From the NCBI GenBank assembly GCA_030141605.1, contig JAQGDQ010002369.1:809889-873888 (forward strand): a DNA stretch of 64,000 nt, read 5' to 3'. The stretch is from Tubiluchus corallicola. Taxonomy: Eukaryota > Animalia > Priapulida. A program made the translations under genes and the position numbers. Every line of letters starts with the position of its first letter. Position 1 is the first letter of the stretch. Positions 9,879-19,122 of this stretch are shown here, piece after piece. Under the pieces are notes generated by a model. That model ran no database searches, was not told the DNA's origin, and saw only the letters and a list, made by a program, of their open reading frames with translations.

Positions 9879-11252
9879 CTAATAAACCCCTAACAGATCC
9901 AATAGAATTAAGATGATCAGGATAGGCGCCGTAAACTTGATCGTAATTTGGAAATAACGCGCCAGGATCGGTCTTGCATGATGGAACATCTCTTCTTCCA
10001 TTCTGAGATTGTCAAAAGCTTCTCTCATTCCCCATCGCCAGCCCACTAGTAGAACAGCCAGTAACCCTCCGATCGGAACAAGGATGTTGACCGATACAAA
10101 GGAAATGACCGTGTAAAAAGTGGCCCCGAATACTTTGACATCTTTCCATAGGTTGAAAGAAAGAGCTGTAGGGATTCCCAGTAAGAAAGCAACCCCGCTG
10201 CTGACAACGACTGCTTTCTTTCTTTTCCAACCCCGTTCATCGATCAAATAAGAGATCACAGGCTCTAGGGCAGAAATTTCAGAAGTCAGTGCTGCCAGAG
10301 TGACCAGAACGAAGAAGAGAACAGCCAGACCCCATCCCCAAGAAAGCTGACTGAAGACAATAGGAAGGGTCTCAAAAATCAATGCAGGCCCTGCTTCGGG
10401 CTTCAATCCTACGGAAAAGACGATGCAAAAGACAGCAACACCTACTAAAAGAGAGATCGCTGTATTCAATAATACAACAGGAATGACGCTTTTGGGAATA
10501 TCCTCCCTTCGGGAAAGATAACTACCATAAGTCACCATCGTCCCTTGTCCCAAGCTCAAAGTGAAGAAGGCCTGCCCCAATGCGAGGACAATCGCAGCCG
10601 GGGTGAGACTTTTAAAATCGGGAGCAAAAAGAAATTTCAAAGCCTTGAAAGAAGAAGGAAGAGTCAGACCTTTGATCACTAAAACGATCAAGACCAGTAT
10701 GAGTAGGGGCATCATGATTTTGCTCCCCATTTCGATCCCCTTTCTTACTCCTGAGATCAGAACCAGAACGCAAAGAATCATAAAAATAAAATGAAATCCA
10801 ACACACCACCAGGCCGATCCGCTGAGAGCCTGAAAATGATGCAAAGCATCCTGGGCAGAAGTAAAATGGGTAAGATTCCCTTTCAATGCCTGGAAGAGAT
10901 ATCCAAGCGTCCAGCCCGCAATCACACTGTAAAATGAGCTGATGATGAAACCGGTGAATATGGTGAGATATCCTCCCCATCCCCACTTGCGGCTCCTTCC
11001 CAATAACCGGAACGATCCATAAGGGCTTGACTGGGCTGTTCTCCCCACGAGGATTTCAGAGACCAGGACGGGAAAGCCGATCAGAAGAAGACAGAATAGA
11101 TAAAGGAGAATGAATGCCGCTCCCCCATTTTCCCCCACAATATAAGGGAAACGCCAGATGCTGCCGAGTCCGACAGCTGACCCCAGGGCTGCAAAGATGA
11201 ATCCTATGCGCGATTTCCAATTTTCCCGTTCGACGTATTCTTTTTCTTTCAT
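9879..11252 (-). CDS. Sodium-dependent transporter, neurotransmitter:sodium symporter (SNF/NSS) family
   Basis: RENWKSRIGFIFAALGSAVGLGSIWRFPY and GQAFFTLSLG signatures; multiple TM helices. Confidence 0.95.
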   Translation of the reverse strand: MKEKEYVERENWKSRIGFIFAALGSAVGLGSIWRFPYIVGENGGAAFILLYLFCLLLIGFPVLVSEILVGRTAQSSPYGSFRLLGRSRKWGWGGYLTIFTGFIISSFYSVIAGWTLGYLFQALKGNLTHFTSAQDALHHFQALSGSAWWCVGFHFIFMILCVLVLISGVRKGIEMGSKIMMPLLILVLIVLVIKGLTLPSSFKALKFLFAPDFKSLTPAAIVLALGQAFFTLSLGQGTMVTYGSYLSRREDIPKSVIPVVLLNTAISLLVGVAVFCIVFSVGLKPEAGPALIFETLPIVFSQLSWGWGLAVLFFVLVTLAALTSEISALEPVISYLIDERGWKRKKAVVVSSGVAFLLGIPTALSFNLWKDVKVFGATFYTVISFVSVNILVPIGGLLAVLLVGWRWGMREAFDNLRMEEEMFHHARPILARYFQITIKFTAPILIILILLDLLGVY

Positions 11253-11302
11253 TTTACCTATAGGAATTTTCAAAAATCGTAACCAATCGATCAGTAAAAA
11301 TA

Positions 11303-11326
11303 AATGTCTAATTTTTCTTAGATATT
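11303..11326. promoter_or_regulatory. Imperfect palindrome AATGTCTAA-N6-TTAGATATT upstream of umuD; candidate operator
   Basis: 8 of 9 positions complementary; lies in the divergent intergenic region between the NSS gene and umuDC. Confidence 0.3.
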
Positions 11327-11359
11327 GTAGTGAAAGAGATGAGGGATATAATCGAGTCG

Positions 11360-11794
11360 ATGAAAACCCAGGAATTGAGCTTTTTTTCTCCCGACTCGAC
11401 TGAGGCTTCAGACCTTCCTTTGTTCCTCGCTCCGGTCACCGCCGGCTTCCCCTCACCTGCCGAGGATTTCATGGAGCAAAGGCTCGATCTCAACCAGCAT
11501 CTCATCGAGCATCCGGCTGCTACTTTTTTTGTCAGGGTGGAAGGAGATTCGATGCGCGATGCCGGTATTTTGCGCGGTGATATTCTCATCGTCGACCGGG
11601 CCCTCCGCCCTTCGAGTGGAAAGATCATTATCGCTGTCATCAATGGAGAGTTCACCGTTAAACGGATCCGGATTCAAAATAAAACAATTTTTTTAGAACC
11701 GCAAAATCCCAAATACCCTTCCATAGAGATCGATCCCGAATCCGACTTTCAAATCTGGGGAATCGTCACCTACATTATTCACAAAGCAATTTAG
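11360..11794 (+). CDS. umuD: DNA polymerase V accessory subunit UmuD (S24 peptidase)
   Basis: Cleavage site V-x-AGFPSPA, catalytic Ser in GDSM and Lys in TVKR; no N-terminal DNA-binding domain; precedes umuC. Confidence 0.93.
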   Translation: MKTQELSFFSPDSTEASDLPLFLAPVTAGFPSPAEDFMEQRLDLNQHLIEHPAATFFVRVEGDSMRDAGILRGDILIVDRALRPSSGKIIIAVINGEFTVKRIRIQNKTIFLEPQNPKYPSIEIDPESDFQIWGIVTYIIHKAI

Positions 11795-11797
11795 ACA

Positions 11798-13045
11798 GTG
11801 TTTGCACTAATCGATTGTAATAATTTTTACGCATCATGCGAGGAAGTATTTAATCCCAAGTTGAAGGGGAAACCACTTCTTGTTCTGTCCAATAATGATG
11901 GATGCGTGATCGCCCGATCGAAAGAGGCCAAAGAGATGGGCATCCCGATGGGGGCCCCGGCCTTTGAATACAAAAAACAGATCGAAGGAGGGCTGCTTCT
12001 CGCCTTTGCCTGCAATTTTACCCTTTATGGAGATATGTCCGACAGGGTCATGACGACACTGGAAACCTTTGGGCTTGAAATGGAGATCTATTCGATCGAT
12101 GAAGCTTTCCTCCAATTATTGAAGGACTCGGAAGAAGGCCATCTTCGCCTGGGCTGGCAAATTCGGAAAAAGGTCGATCAATGGACGGGTCTTCCCATAT
12201 CAGTAGGAATTGCCCCAACAAAAACTCTGGCTAAAGTAGCCAATCATAGGGCGAAAAAACAAAAGGGAGTGGATGTCCTTACCGATCCGGAAAAGATCCA
12301 AAAAGTGTTGACTACTTTGGACGTCGAAGAAGTTTGGGGAATTGGCCGAAGGCTTGCCAAACGCCTGCGAAAGAAAGGAATTTTCACAGCAGGACAGCTA
12401 GCCTCTTCCGATGATCAGTGGATCCGCAAAGAGTTCAGCGTGATGACGCTCCGAACAGCCATGGAGCTTCGAGGAGTAAGCTGCTTTCCATGTGATGAGG
12501 TTCCCGAGGTAAAGAAGTCGATCCTCTGCTCCCATACTTTTCGCAATCCGATCGACAATAAACCAGATCTGATTCAGGCAGTTGCTGATTTCACAACGAT
12601 CGCTGCAGAAAAATTGCGCAAACAAAACAGTCTGGCTCCAATGATCTCAGTATTCATTGCCACCAGTCCCTTTCGAGACAATTATTACTCCAATAGCAGC
12701 CACTTTACCCTTCCCATTCCCTCTTCCTATACGCCGGAGCTCATCACTTATGCACGCCAGGCGCTCGATACGATCTATCGTTCTGAATATTCCTACAAAA
12801 GAGCAGGCGTCCAGTTCATCGATCTCGTAGATGCGACGGCTCTGCAAATGGACTTTTGGGACAAAGGCAAAGACTTCGAAAAGAAAAAAAGGCTGATGGA
12901 AACGATCGACAAGATCAATGTTCGGTATGACAAACTCGCAGTGCATTCAGCATCATTGGGCATACAGCAAAAATGGAAGTATGTGCGCTCCCGTACTTCC
13001 CCCCGCTTCACAACAGACTGGAACGAACTCTTAAAAGTAAGATAA
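11798..13045 (+). CDS. umuC: Y-family DNA polymerase V subunit UmuC
   Basis: ALIDCNNFYASCE, LSNNDGCVIARS, YSIDEAF and the C-terminal SPRFTT-W-EL motif. Confidence 0.95.
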   Translation: MFALIDCNNFYASCEEVFNPKLKGKPLLVLSNNDGCVIARSKEAKEMGIPMGAPAFEYKKQIEGGLLLAFACNFTLYGDMSDRVMTTLETFGLEMEIYSIDEAFLQLLKDSEEGHLRLGWQIRKKVDQWTGLPISVGIAPTKTLAKVANHRAKKQKGVDVLTDPEKIQKVLTTLDVEEVWGIGRRLAKRLRKKGIFTAGQLASSDDQWIRKEFSVMTLRTAMELRGVSCFPCDEVPEVKKSILCSHTFRNPIDNKPDLIQAVADFTTIAAEKLRKQNSLAPMISVFIATSPFRDNYYSNSSHFTLPIPSSYTPELITYARQALDTIYRSEYSYKRAGVQFIDLVDATALQMDFWDKGKDFEKKKRLMETIDKINVRYDKLAVHSASLGIQQKWKYVRSRTSPRFTTDWNELLKVR

Positions 13046-13939
13046 AATGTTCTCTGCCGCTTGTTTTGCCATTGTAGTTCGGCACTCGACAGTTGCAGAT
13101 CCGATGTGGGGAACGATGAGGCAGTTTTCAAAAGAACATAAAGGATGATTGCCAGGCAGAGGTTCAGGATCGGTGACATCCAAAGCCGCGCTCCTTATCC
13201 ATCCTTTTTCCAACGCTTTGACAAGAGCATCCGTATCAATGATTGCTCCCCTGGCCATATTGATCAAGACTGGATGCTTTTTCATCTTTTGGATCGCTGT
13301 GGCATCGATAAAGTGACGGGTCTCTTTTTTCAGCGGAATATGAAGGGAGATATAGTCAGAAGTTTCATAAAGTTCATCAAGGGAAACCTGTCCTTTGATT
13401 CCCAAATCTTTGTAATGGTAGAACTGTACATTCATGCCAAAGCCTTTGGCCCTTTGAGCGGCAGCTTTTCCGACCCTTCCATATCCGATGATTCCAAATG
13501 TTTTTTGATGAAGGCTCTCTCCAAAGAAAAGATTGGGATCATAGATCTTCCATTTGTCTTCCTTAACGAATTGCCTGGCCTCGGGAACCTTACGAATAAG
13601 GGAGAGGAGAAGCGCAAAGGTGAGATCGGCCGTACTTTCTGTAACAACGTCTAATAAGTTATATACAGTAATTCCTTTAGTCTTTGCATAGGCGACATCA
13701 ATATTGTCTAAACCGATTGCATAATTGGAGATAATTTTTAATTGAGTTGCGGTTTCCAATATTTCCTTGTCAATAGGATCGGAAAGCATCGTGAGGATGG
13801 CGTCATATTCCTGAGCGGCTTTGATTAATTTATCTTTTGGAATCGGACAATTTTGTTCCCATTCTTCAACAATAAAAATTGTAGATAATACTTCTTTTGC
13901 AATAGAAGGTATCTTTCTTGTAATTAACGCTTTTTTCAT
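13031..13939 (-). CDS. D-2-hydroxyacid dehydrogenase (glyoxylate reductase / D-glycerate dehydrogenase)
   Basis: GIIGYGRVG Rossmann motif, LINMARG, ALDV-x-DPEP and PHIGSAT. Confidence 0.92.
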   Translation of the reverse strand: MKKALITRKIPSIAKEVLSTIFIVEEWEQNCPIPKDKLIKAAQEYDAILTMLSDPIDKEILETATQLKIISNYAIGLDNIDVAYAKTKGITVYNLLDVVTESTADLTFALLLSLIRKVPEARQFVKEDKWKIYDPNLFFGESLHQKTFGIIGYGRVGKAAAQRAKGFGMNVQFYHYKDLGIKGQVSLDELYETSDYISLHIPLKKETRHFIDATAIQKMKKHPVLINMARGAIIDTDALVKALEKGWIRSAALDVTDPEPLPGNHPLCSFENCLIVPHIGSATVECRTTMAKQAAENILSYF

Positions 13940-14014
13940 CCAATTACACGTCCGTTTCATCTTCTAAAAAATCAGTCAATGAAGTACAAGTTTTGGCAAA
14001 ATTGAAAGACAGAT

Positions 14015-14061
14015 TTATAGATTCTTAACAATCGAAGAGTAAGTTATAGATTCTTAACTTA
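14015..14061. promoter_or_regulatory. 15-bp perfect direct repeat TTATAGATTCTTAAC (14015-14029, 14044-14058); second copy overlaps inverted repeat TAAGTTA-N8-TAACTTA
   Basis: Read directly; lies 27-73 bp upstream of the ATG of the 1181-aa gene. Confidence 0.55.
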
Positions 14062-14087
14062 TTTTATAAGTAAAAATTTGAGATAAC

Positions 14088-17000
14088 ATGGCTATTTTCA
14101 GTTCTTATCAACCTAGTATCAACGCGGTAACAGCCGCAGTCAACGCAGGACCGCCTCCAGCTGCTGGAGCAATTTCTGTTGAAGCCGGAGTAAAAGCTTA
14201 TCTCCAACATGCGAATAATCTTCATACACGAGTAACGAGATTGGAACAAGAGAGCAAGAAAAGTCCAGACGACCGATTGATCAGATATCTCGCAGCATCT
14301 GCGCGAATCCTGGTTCAGGATTATGACGCCCTCCGGACAGCACCTGGAGCGGCTGCAAATCTTAATGCTGCGATTAATGCTCAAGGTCCAGATGGAGTGG
14401 CTTTAAGAAGACAGCAAGTAGCAAATCGTATCTTTGACGATCTTGGACGACGAATTGATGTTCTTCGTTACAAACATGCTCCTGGATGGTTGGAATGGCT
14501 CGGACTAAGGCGTTCTCCAGACGCTGTGAGCTATACGCCTAGTAAAATGACAGTTGCAGGAACTGCTATGCTTACCTGTCCACTATGGGTAGACAGCGTG
14601 CCTGAGATTCCAGGATTCGGGCCCAAGGCCGAAACCCTTGATCATGGAGAAACCCTTACAGACACATTTGCTCCTCCTACTCTCGAACAATTGGGTAACG
14701 CTCTCGGAGAATTTGGCACCGTTGTTCGCAACAACAAAACGAATATATCCTATGGAGCAGCAGCTGTCGGGGGCTTAATCTTTGCTTCCAAATTGGGAAA
14801 CTGGATCTGGCATAAAATCGCTTATGGAAAACCTACCTTGGATACTTCTCACGAGCTTCGAATCAAATTCATCGATGTAATGCCTGATCAACATGAGGAT
14901 GATAAGCATGTTAAGGCTTCAGTGACAAAATTGGAAGAGGGATACAAATCGGTTCTTGGACGATCTCTGAGACTAAGAGATTGCGTTGAAGAGTCCAAAA
15001 AGAACCCTAGCTGGCTTTATCCTACGCTTTATGCGGATTGGGAAGTAGTGACCAATGAAGCACGTACTCTGCAAGAAAGTGTGGACGATCTTCAAGAAAC
15101 CACAATGGGACACACAACATTTAGCGCCACCCTTGCAGAACTCGATACGCAAGTAAAGGCAATGCGTAATAACCTTACGAGAATGTGCGAAGACATCAGT
15201 TGGAGTGCTTATAACAGATCTTTACCTCGAAGATTCAATGACTCAATCACAAAGACACAAGTCCTCGGCCTTTGCATGCTGCCGATAACTGTTGGAGCTG
15301 AAGTAGTAGGAGCTGTTTCAGGTGATCCAATGGTCAGTTATGCTGCACATGGTGCTGCGGCTTTCACTACAGCCCTTCTGTTGGGACAGCCTGTATCTGG
15401 ATGGTTCCGTACGGATCCGATCAAAGCGCACCTAAGACAAGTAGAAGAACATGGTACCATCGAGCCTCACTTTCCACGCATTGGAAGAATCCTAGCCGAT
15501 TACTTATCGAGAAAAAATCGAAAAGGTGCGATCGATGCGTTTGACGAAGAGGTAACCCGTCTTGAAGAGCAGGTCAAAGAAATGACACGCAAAGTGAAAG
15601 GCGGAGTGGTCCAGGATGATACAATCAGGGTCGATGTAAAAACATTAGAGCTTGACTGGAACGCTCTTGGAAATGTCTATCTCGATGTCGATCGTGAAAT
15701 GCAGATTGCCGGTGAAATCAGCGCCAAGCTCGACGCAGCAAATGATAAGAGATGTGATATTGGGACATCTATTGTAGAGCTTCGCAAACTCGCAGCTGGA
15801 ATGCCGAATAAAATCTTCACGGTTGCACGGGCCGCTGCTGCATTCAAACGACCTCTACTGTTGAAGGCAAAAGCAACGATCTCTTCTCAAAGAACCGCGA
15901 TTCGATCAGCTGAAGAGAGCTTGAAAAGTGGAAAAATAAGAGAAGCGATGGATGGCTTCAAAACATTTGTCACAAAATTCAAACATGACTGCGATGATCT
16001 TAGAGAACATCAGGAAGGTGGAAAATTAAAAGGCGAAGTCCTGAAAGCAAATCTTGCTATCTTAATGGACGATTATCGAGAATTGACACGATTGGCCAAC
16101 CTCATCCAGGAAAAGCTGACCGATGCCAAACAAAATGATGAACCGTTCAGTCAAAATAAAAGAATGTTAGCTGCTTTAGAGAACACTCTCCGTACTCTAA
16201 GAACAACAATTCATGCCTTGAAAGATGATGAAGTGCCTACGGCTTCGACCGCCTGGTTCTCCAAAACAACGAAAGTCGCCGTTCCTTGTATTGCTCTTGC
16301 CGGTGCCTCTTACTGGCAAAATGACATGGTTGAACAATGGGCCGGTGCAGAAGCTGCTCAATATGCTCCTCTCGCACTTGGGGCAATAGCAGCTACGGCT
16401 GTGGCTTGCAAAGCAATTGGATGGCTCTGGGGACTAAGAAGTTCTTCTTCCGCGACAGTTGGGAAACCAGCTCCTACCGTTGCCGAGCAAAAACCGAAAT
16501 CGCCTCTTCTTACAGCAGTTGTCGAAGAAGCTCAGCGAAGAAAAGCTGAAGAACTGCCAACAGCTACTGTTCCCCCAATGGTTCAAACAATTCCGGTACG
16601 CTCTGAAGATATAGCAGCTTTGAGATCAGGATTTGAAGCGACAAAGGTTCAATTGATTGGTCTCATCAGCGAGAGAAAGTTCACAGAAGCGATAAGAGTC
16701 ATTAACGATACTCTTCAACAGATTCAAACTTTGATGACTCCTGTGATTTCTTCTGCAGACAGAGCAAGTCTTCAAGAAGTCGTCCAATACTTGGAAGAGC
16801 TGCAAGGACAGTTGCCTTCTGATCGAAGAGTGCAACACGCTCTCTTTACAAGTACACCTTCTACAGTTCCGTCTGTAGAGGTAGTGCCTACAACAGAACG
16901 AGTTGCAAAAAAAGTCACTGTTTCTCCTCATGCTAGGAAGAAATTCGCTACAGAAGTGGAAAGAGGAACCTATTCTTCTGGTCAGGAAATCAACCTTCAT

Positions 17001-17633
17001 AAGCAGGCATTCTCTGCAGATGAGGCCCAGCTTGCGATTGCCCTTATCAGTGTAATAGCCGCCCTCAAAGGAAGCACGGGAACACTAGGTACTGCGGCTC
17101 AGTATGGGGCTTACAAACATGCACAATTCATGGAGAGCAGCCCTGGAGACCTCAGTGATCCGGCCCTTTATCTGCACCTTCTAAGTCAGGGAAAAAGAGT
17201 TGCTCCATTCCGCATAGAAAGAGAGCAGATTTGTTCAGGAAGTAGCTCTAGCGTCGATTTTGAGAGAACGCTGGCTCAAATGGATGAGCTGCGCCACTCT
17301 GGAGGCCATAAGCAAATCCTCGTTCCTGTTGTCATGCAGGGAGTTTCCTACGCTTTGGCAATTGAAGGAAAAGGATCAACAGAAAGAGAAGTTGTTCTTT
17401 CCGGAATACATCCTCATCCTCATGTCCTCGGTTCAGTTGGACACTTCCGTAAAACATTCTCCTCTGTTGAAGAAGCAGGACAATGTCTGGCGGCCATGAA
17501 TGAAGAATTGGCTAAGTTTGTTCCGGATGAAACACCAAAAGATGTTGTCTTCTATCCTTGCATACCTACGGCACCGATCGTAAGAGCAAATGGAAATGCT
17601 GCTGCAGCTGCAGCTGCAGCTGCAGCTGCTTAA
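14088..17633 (+). CDS. Large modular Inc-like candidate effector (repeated coiled-coil plus hydrophobic hairpin modules, globular C-terminal domain, poly-Ala tail)
   Basis: 1181-aa ORF; Ser/Pro/Ala-rich N-terminus without a Sec signal; three paired hydrophobic regions; recurring VT[RK]LE and L..D[YW]..L helices. Confidence 0.8.
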   Translation: MAIFSSYQPSINAVTAAVNAGPPPAAGAISVEAGVKAYLQHANNLHTRVTRLEQESKKSPDDRLIRYLAASARILVQDYDALRTAPGAAANLNAAINAQGPDGVALRRQQVANRIFDDLGRRIDVLRYKHAPGWLEWLGLRRSPDAVSYTPSKMTVAGTAMLTCPLWVDSVPEIPGFGPKAETLDHGETLTDTFAPPTLEQLGNALGEFGTVVRNNKTNISYGAAAVGGLIFASKLGNWIWHKIAYGKPTLDTSHELRIKFIDVMPDQHEDDKHVKASVTKLEEGYKSVLGRSLRLRDCVEESKKNPSWLYPTLYADWEVVTNEARTLQESVDDLQETTMGHTTFSATLAELDTQVKAMRNNLTRMCEDISWSAYNRSLPRRFNDSITKTQVLGLCMLPITVGAEVVGAVSGDPMVSYAAHGAAAFTTALLLGQPVSGWFRTDPIKAHLRQVEEHGTIEPHFPRIGRILADYLSRKNRKGAIDAFDEEVTRLEEQVKEMTRKVKGGVVQDDTIRVDVKTLELDWNALGNVYLDVDREMQIAGEISAKLDAANDKRCDIGTSIVELRKLAAGMPNKIFTVARAAAAFKRPLLLKAKATISSQRTAIRSAEESLKSGKIREAMDGFKTFVTKFKHDCDDLREHQEGGKLKGEVLKANLAILMDDYRELTRLANLIQEKLTDAKQNDEPFSQNKRMLAALENTLRTLRTTIHALKDDEVPTASTAWFSKTTKVAVPCIALAGASYWQNDMVEQWAGAEAAQYAPLALGAIAATAVACKAIGWLWGLRSSSSATVGKPAPTVAEQKPKSPLLTAVVEEAQRRKAEELPTATVPPMVQTIPVRSEDIAALRSGFEATKVQLIGLISERKFTEAIRVINDTLQQIQTLMTPVISSADRASLQEVVQYLEELQGQLPSDRRVQHALFTSTPSTVPSVEVVPTTERVAKKVTVSPHARKKFATEVERGTYSSGQEINLHKQAFSADEAQLAIALISVIAALKGSTGTLGTAAQYGAYKHAQFMESSPGDLSDPALYLHLLSQGKRVAPFRIEREQICSGSSSSVDFERTLAQMDELRHSGGHKQILVPVVMQGVSYALAIEGKGSTEREVVLSGIHPHPHVLGSVGHFRKTFSSVEEAGQCLAAMNEELAKFVPDETPKDVVFYPCIPTAPIVRANGNAAAAAAAAAAA
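17598..17630 (+). repeat. (GCTGCA)n microsatellite encoding 11 C-terminal alanines
   Basis: gctgctgcagctgcagctgcagctgcagctgct immediately before TAA. Confidence 0.85.
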
Positions 17634-17696
17634 GAGAAATATTCTTCTTTTAAATTAAAAAGCTATTTAGAATAGGGGTCCTTAATTGGGCCCCCT

Positions 17697-19100
17697 ATGA
17701 CTTCTAAACGAACTCTGAATGTCTTTTTGCTCGCGATGATCAACGTCGCGGCTATCACTAGCCTTAAGAATTATCCCCTCACTGCAGTTTACGGCCTATC
17801 TTCCCTATTCTTTTTTATCTTTTCTGCAGTGGTCTTTTTTATCCCTGTATCCCTGGTCTCAGCAGAGCTTGCGACCGGCTGGCCCCAGCGGGGTGTATAT
17901 ATATGGGTAAAAGAGGCAATGGGACCGAGAATGGGTCTCTTGGCCATATGGCTTCAGTGGATCGAAAATGTGATCTGGTACCCTACCGTCCTGTCCTTTT
18001 TGGCAGCCTCAAGTGCCTTCATATTCAATCCAGAACTTGCTCATGATAATCGATACATCGTTTCCATCATCCTCATCACCTTTTGGGTTGCCACCTTCCT
18101 CAATTGTTTCGGAATGAAAATCTCCGGCTGGATCAGTACCGTATCAGTCATATTAGGAACGATCATTCCCGGGGCTTTGATCATTTTTCTTGGCTTCCTT
18201 TGGATCGGAGAAGGATTTCCCTTGCAGATTTCCTTCAGCTGGGACCAACTGATTCCTAACCTTGGGTCAGTCAATGAACTCGTACTTCTTGCAGGAATCC
18301 TCCTTGGCTTTGCCGGGATGGAAATGTCAGCCGTCCATGCGAAGGAAGTGAAGAATCCACAGAAAGACTATCCAAGAGCCATCCTCCTCGCTGCGCTTAT
18401 CATTCTAGTATTGTCCATGGTGGCGACATTGGCGATTGCTATCGTCGTGCCAACTCATGAGATTAATCTGGCATCTGGGGCGATGGAAGCATTCACCCAC
18501 TTTCTAAATGCCTTTAAACTGGGATGGGCGATTCCTATTGTTGCTTTTTTCATGGCATTGGGAGCTTTGGGAACAATGAGCACCTGGATCGTCGGACCGA
18601 CCAAAGGGATCCTGGCGACAGCTATAGATGGAGACCTTCCTCCCTTCTTTCAAAAGACCAATAAGTATGGGATGCCTACCCATTTATTAGTTCTTCAGGG
18701 AGCGATCGTATCTTTGCTTTCTCTCGTTTTCCTTTTCATGCCCAACGTCAGCAGTTCTTATTGGATGCTTGTCGACCTCACAGCACTTCTCTATTTGATC
18801 ATGTATATCCTGATGTTTATCGCCGCTATTGTCCTTCGGTATAAATGTCCTGAAGTAAAAAGGGCATACAGAATACCCGGCGGCAATGCTGGAATGTGGA
18901 TCATCGGTGGAATAGGAACCGTAGGGTGCTTCTTTACCTTCATCATGGGACTGTTTCCGCCAAGTCAGTTAAAAACTGGGAATATGCTCTTTTACTATTC
19001 TTTCCTGATAGGAGGACTCGTTATTTTCTGCGTCCTTCCCTTCATCATTTATCAATTGAAAAAGCCTTCCTGGAAACAGAAGAGCGAAAAAGACTACTAA
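17697..19100 (+). CDS. APC-superfamily amino acid permease (GadC/YjeM-like)
   Basis: FFIPVSLVSAELATG, GVYIWVKEA, FAGMEMSAVHA and NPQKDYPRA; about 12 TM helices. Confidence 0.92.
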   Translation: MTSKRTLNVFLLAMINVAAITSLKNYPLTAVYGLSSLFFFIFSAVVFFIPVSLVSAELATGWPQRGVYIWVKEAMGPRMGLLAIWLQWIENVIWYPTVLSFLAASSAFIFNPELAHDNRYIVSIILITFWVATFLNCFGMKISGWISTVSVILGTIIPGALIIFLGFLWIGEGFPLQISFSWDQLIPNLGSVNELVLLAGILLGFAGMEMSAVHAKEVKNPQKDYPRAILLAALIILVLSMVATLAIAIVVPTHEINLASGAMEAFTHFLNAFKLGWAIPIVAFFMALGALGTMSTWIVGPTKGILATAIDGDLPPFFQKTNKYGMPTHLLVLQGAIVSLLSLVFLFMPNVSSSYWMLVDLTALLYLIMYILMFIAAIVLRYKCPEVKRAYRIPGGNAGMWIIGGIGTVGCFFTFIMGLFPPSQLKTGNMLFYYSFLIGGLVIFCVLPFIIYQLKKPSWKQKSEKDY

Positions 19101-19122
19101 TCTTTCATTCAGAGACTATCTC

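Noticed and set aside
11360-11794. LexA repressor
   Set aside because: Has the S24 peptidase motifs but no N-terminal winged helix and is followed by umuC, so it is UmuD.
11330-17633. Prophage or integrative element carrying umuDC
   Set aside because: No integrase, transposase, att-like repeat or phage gene nearby.
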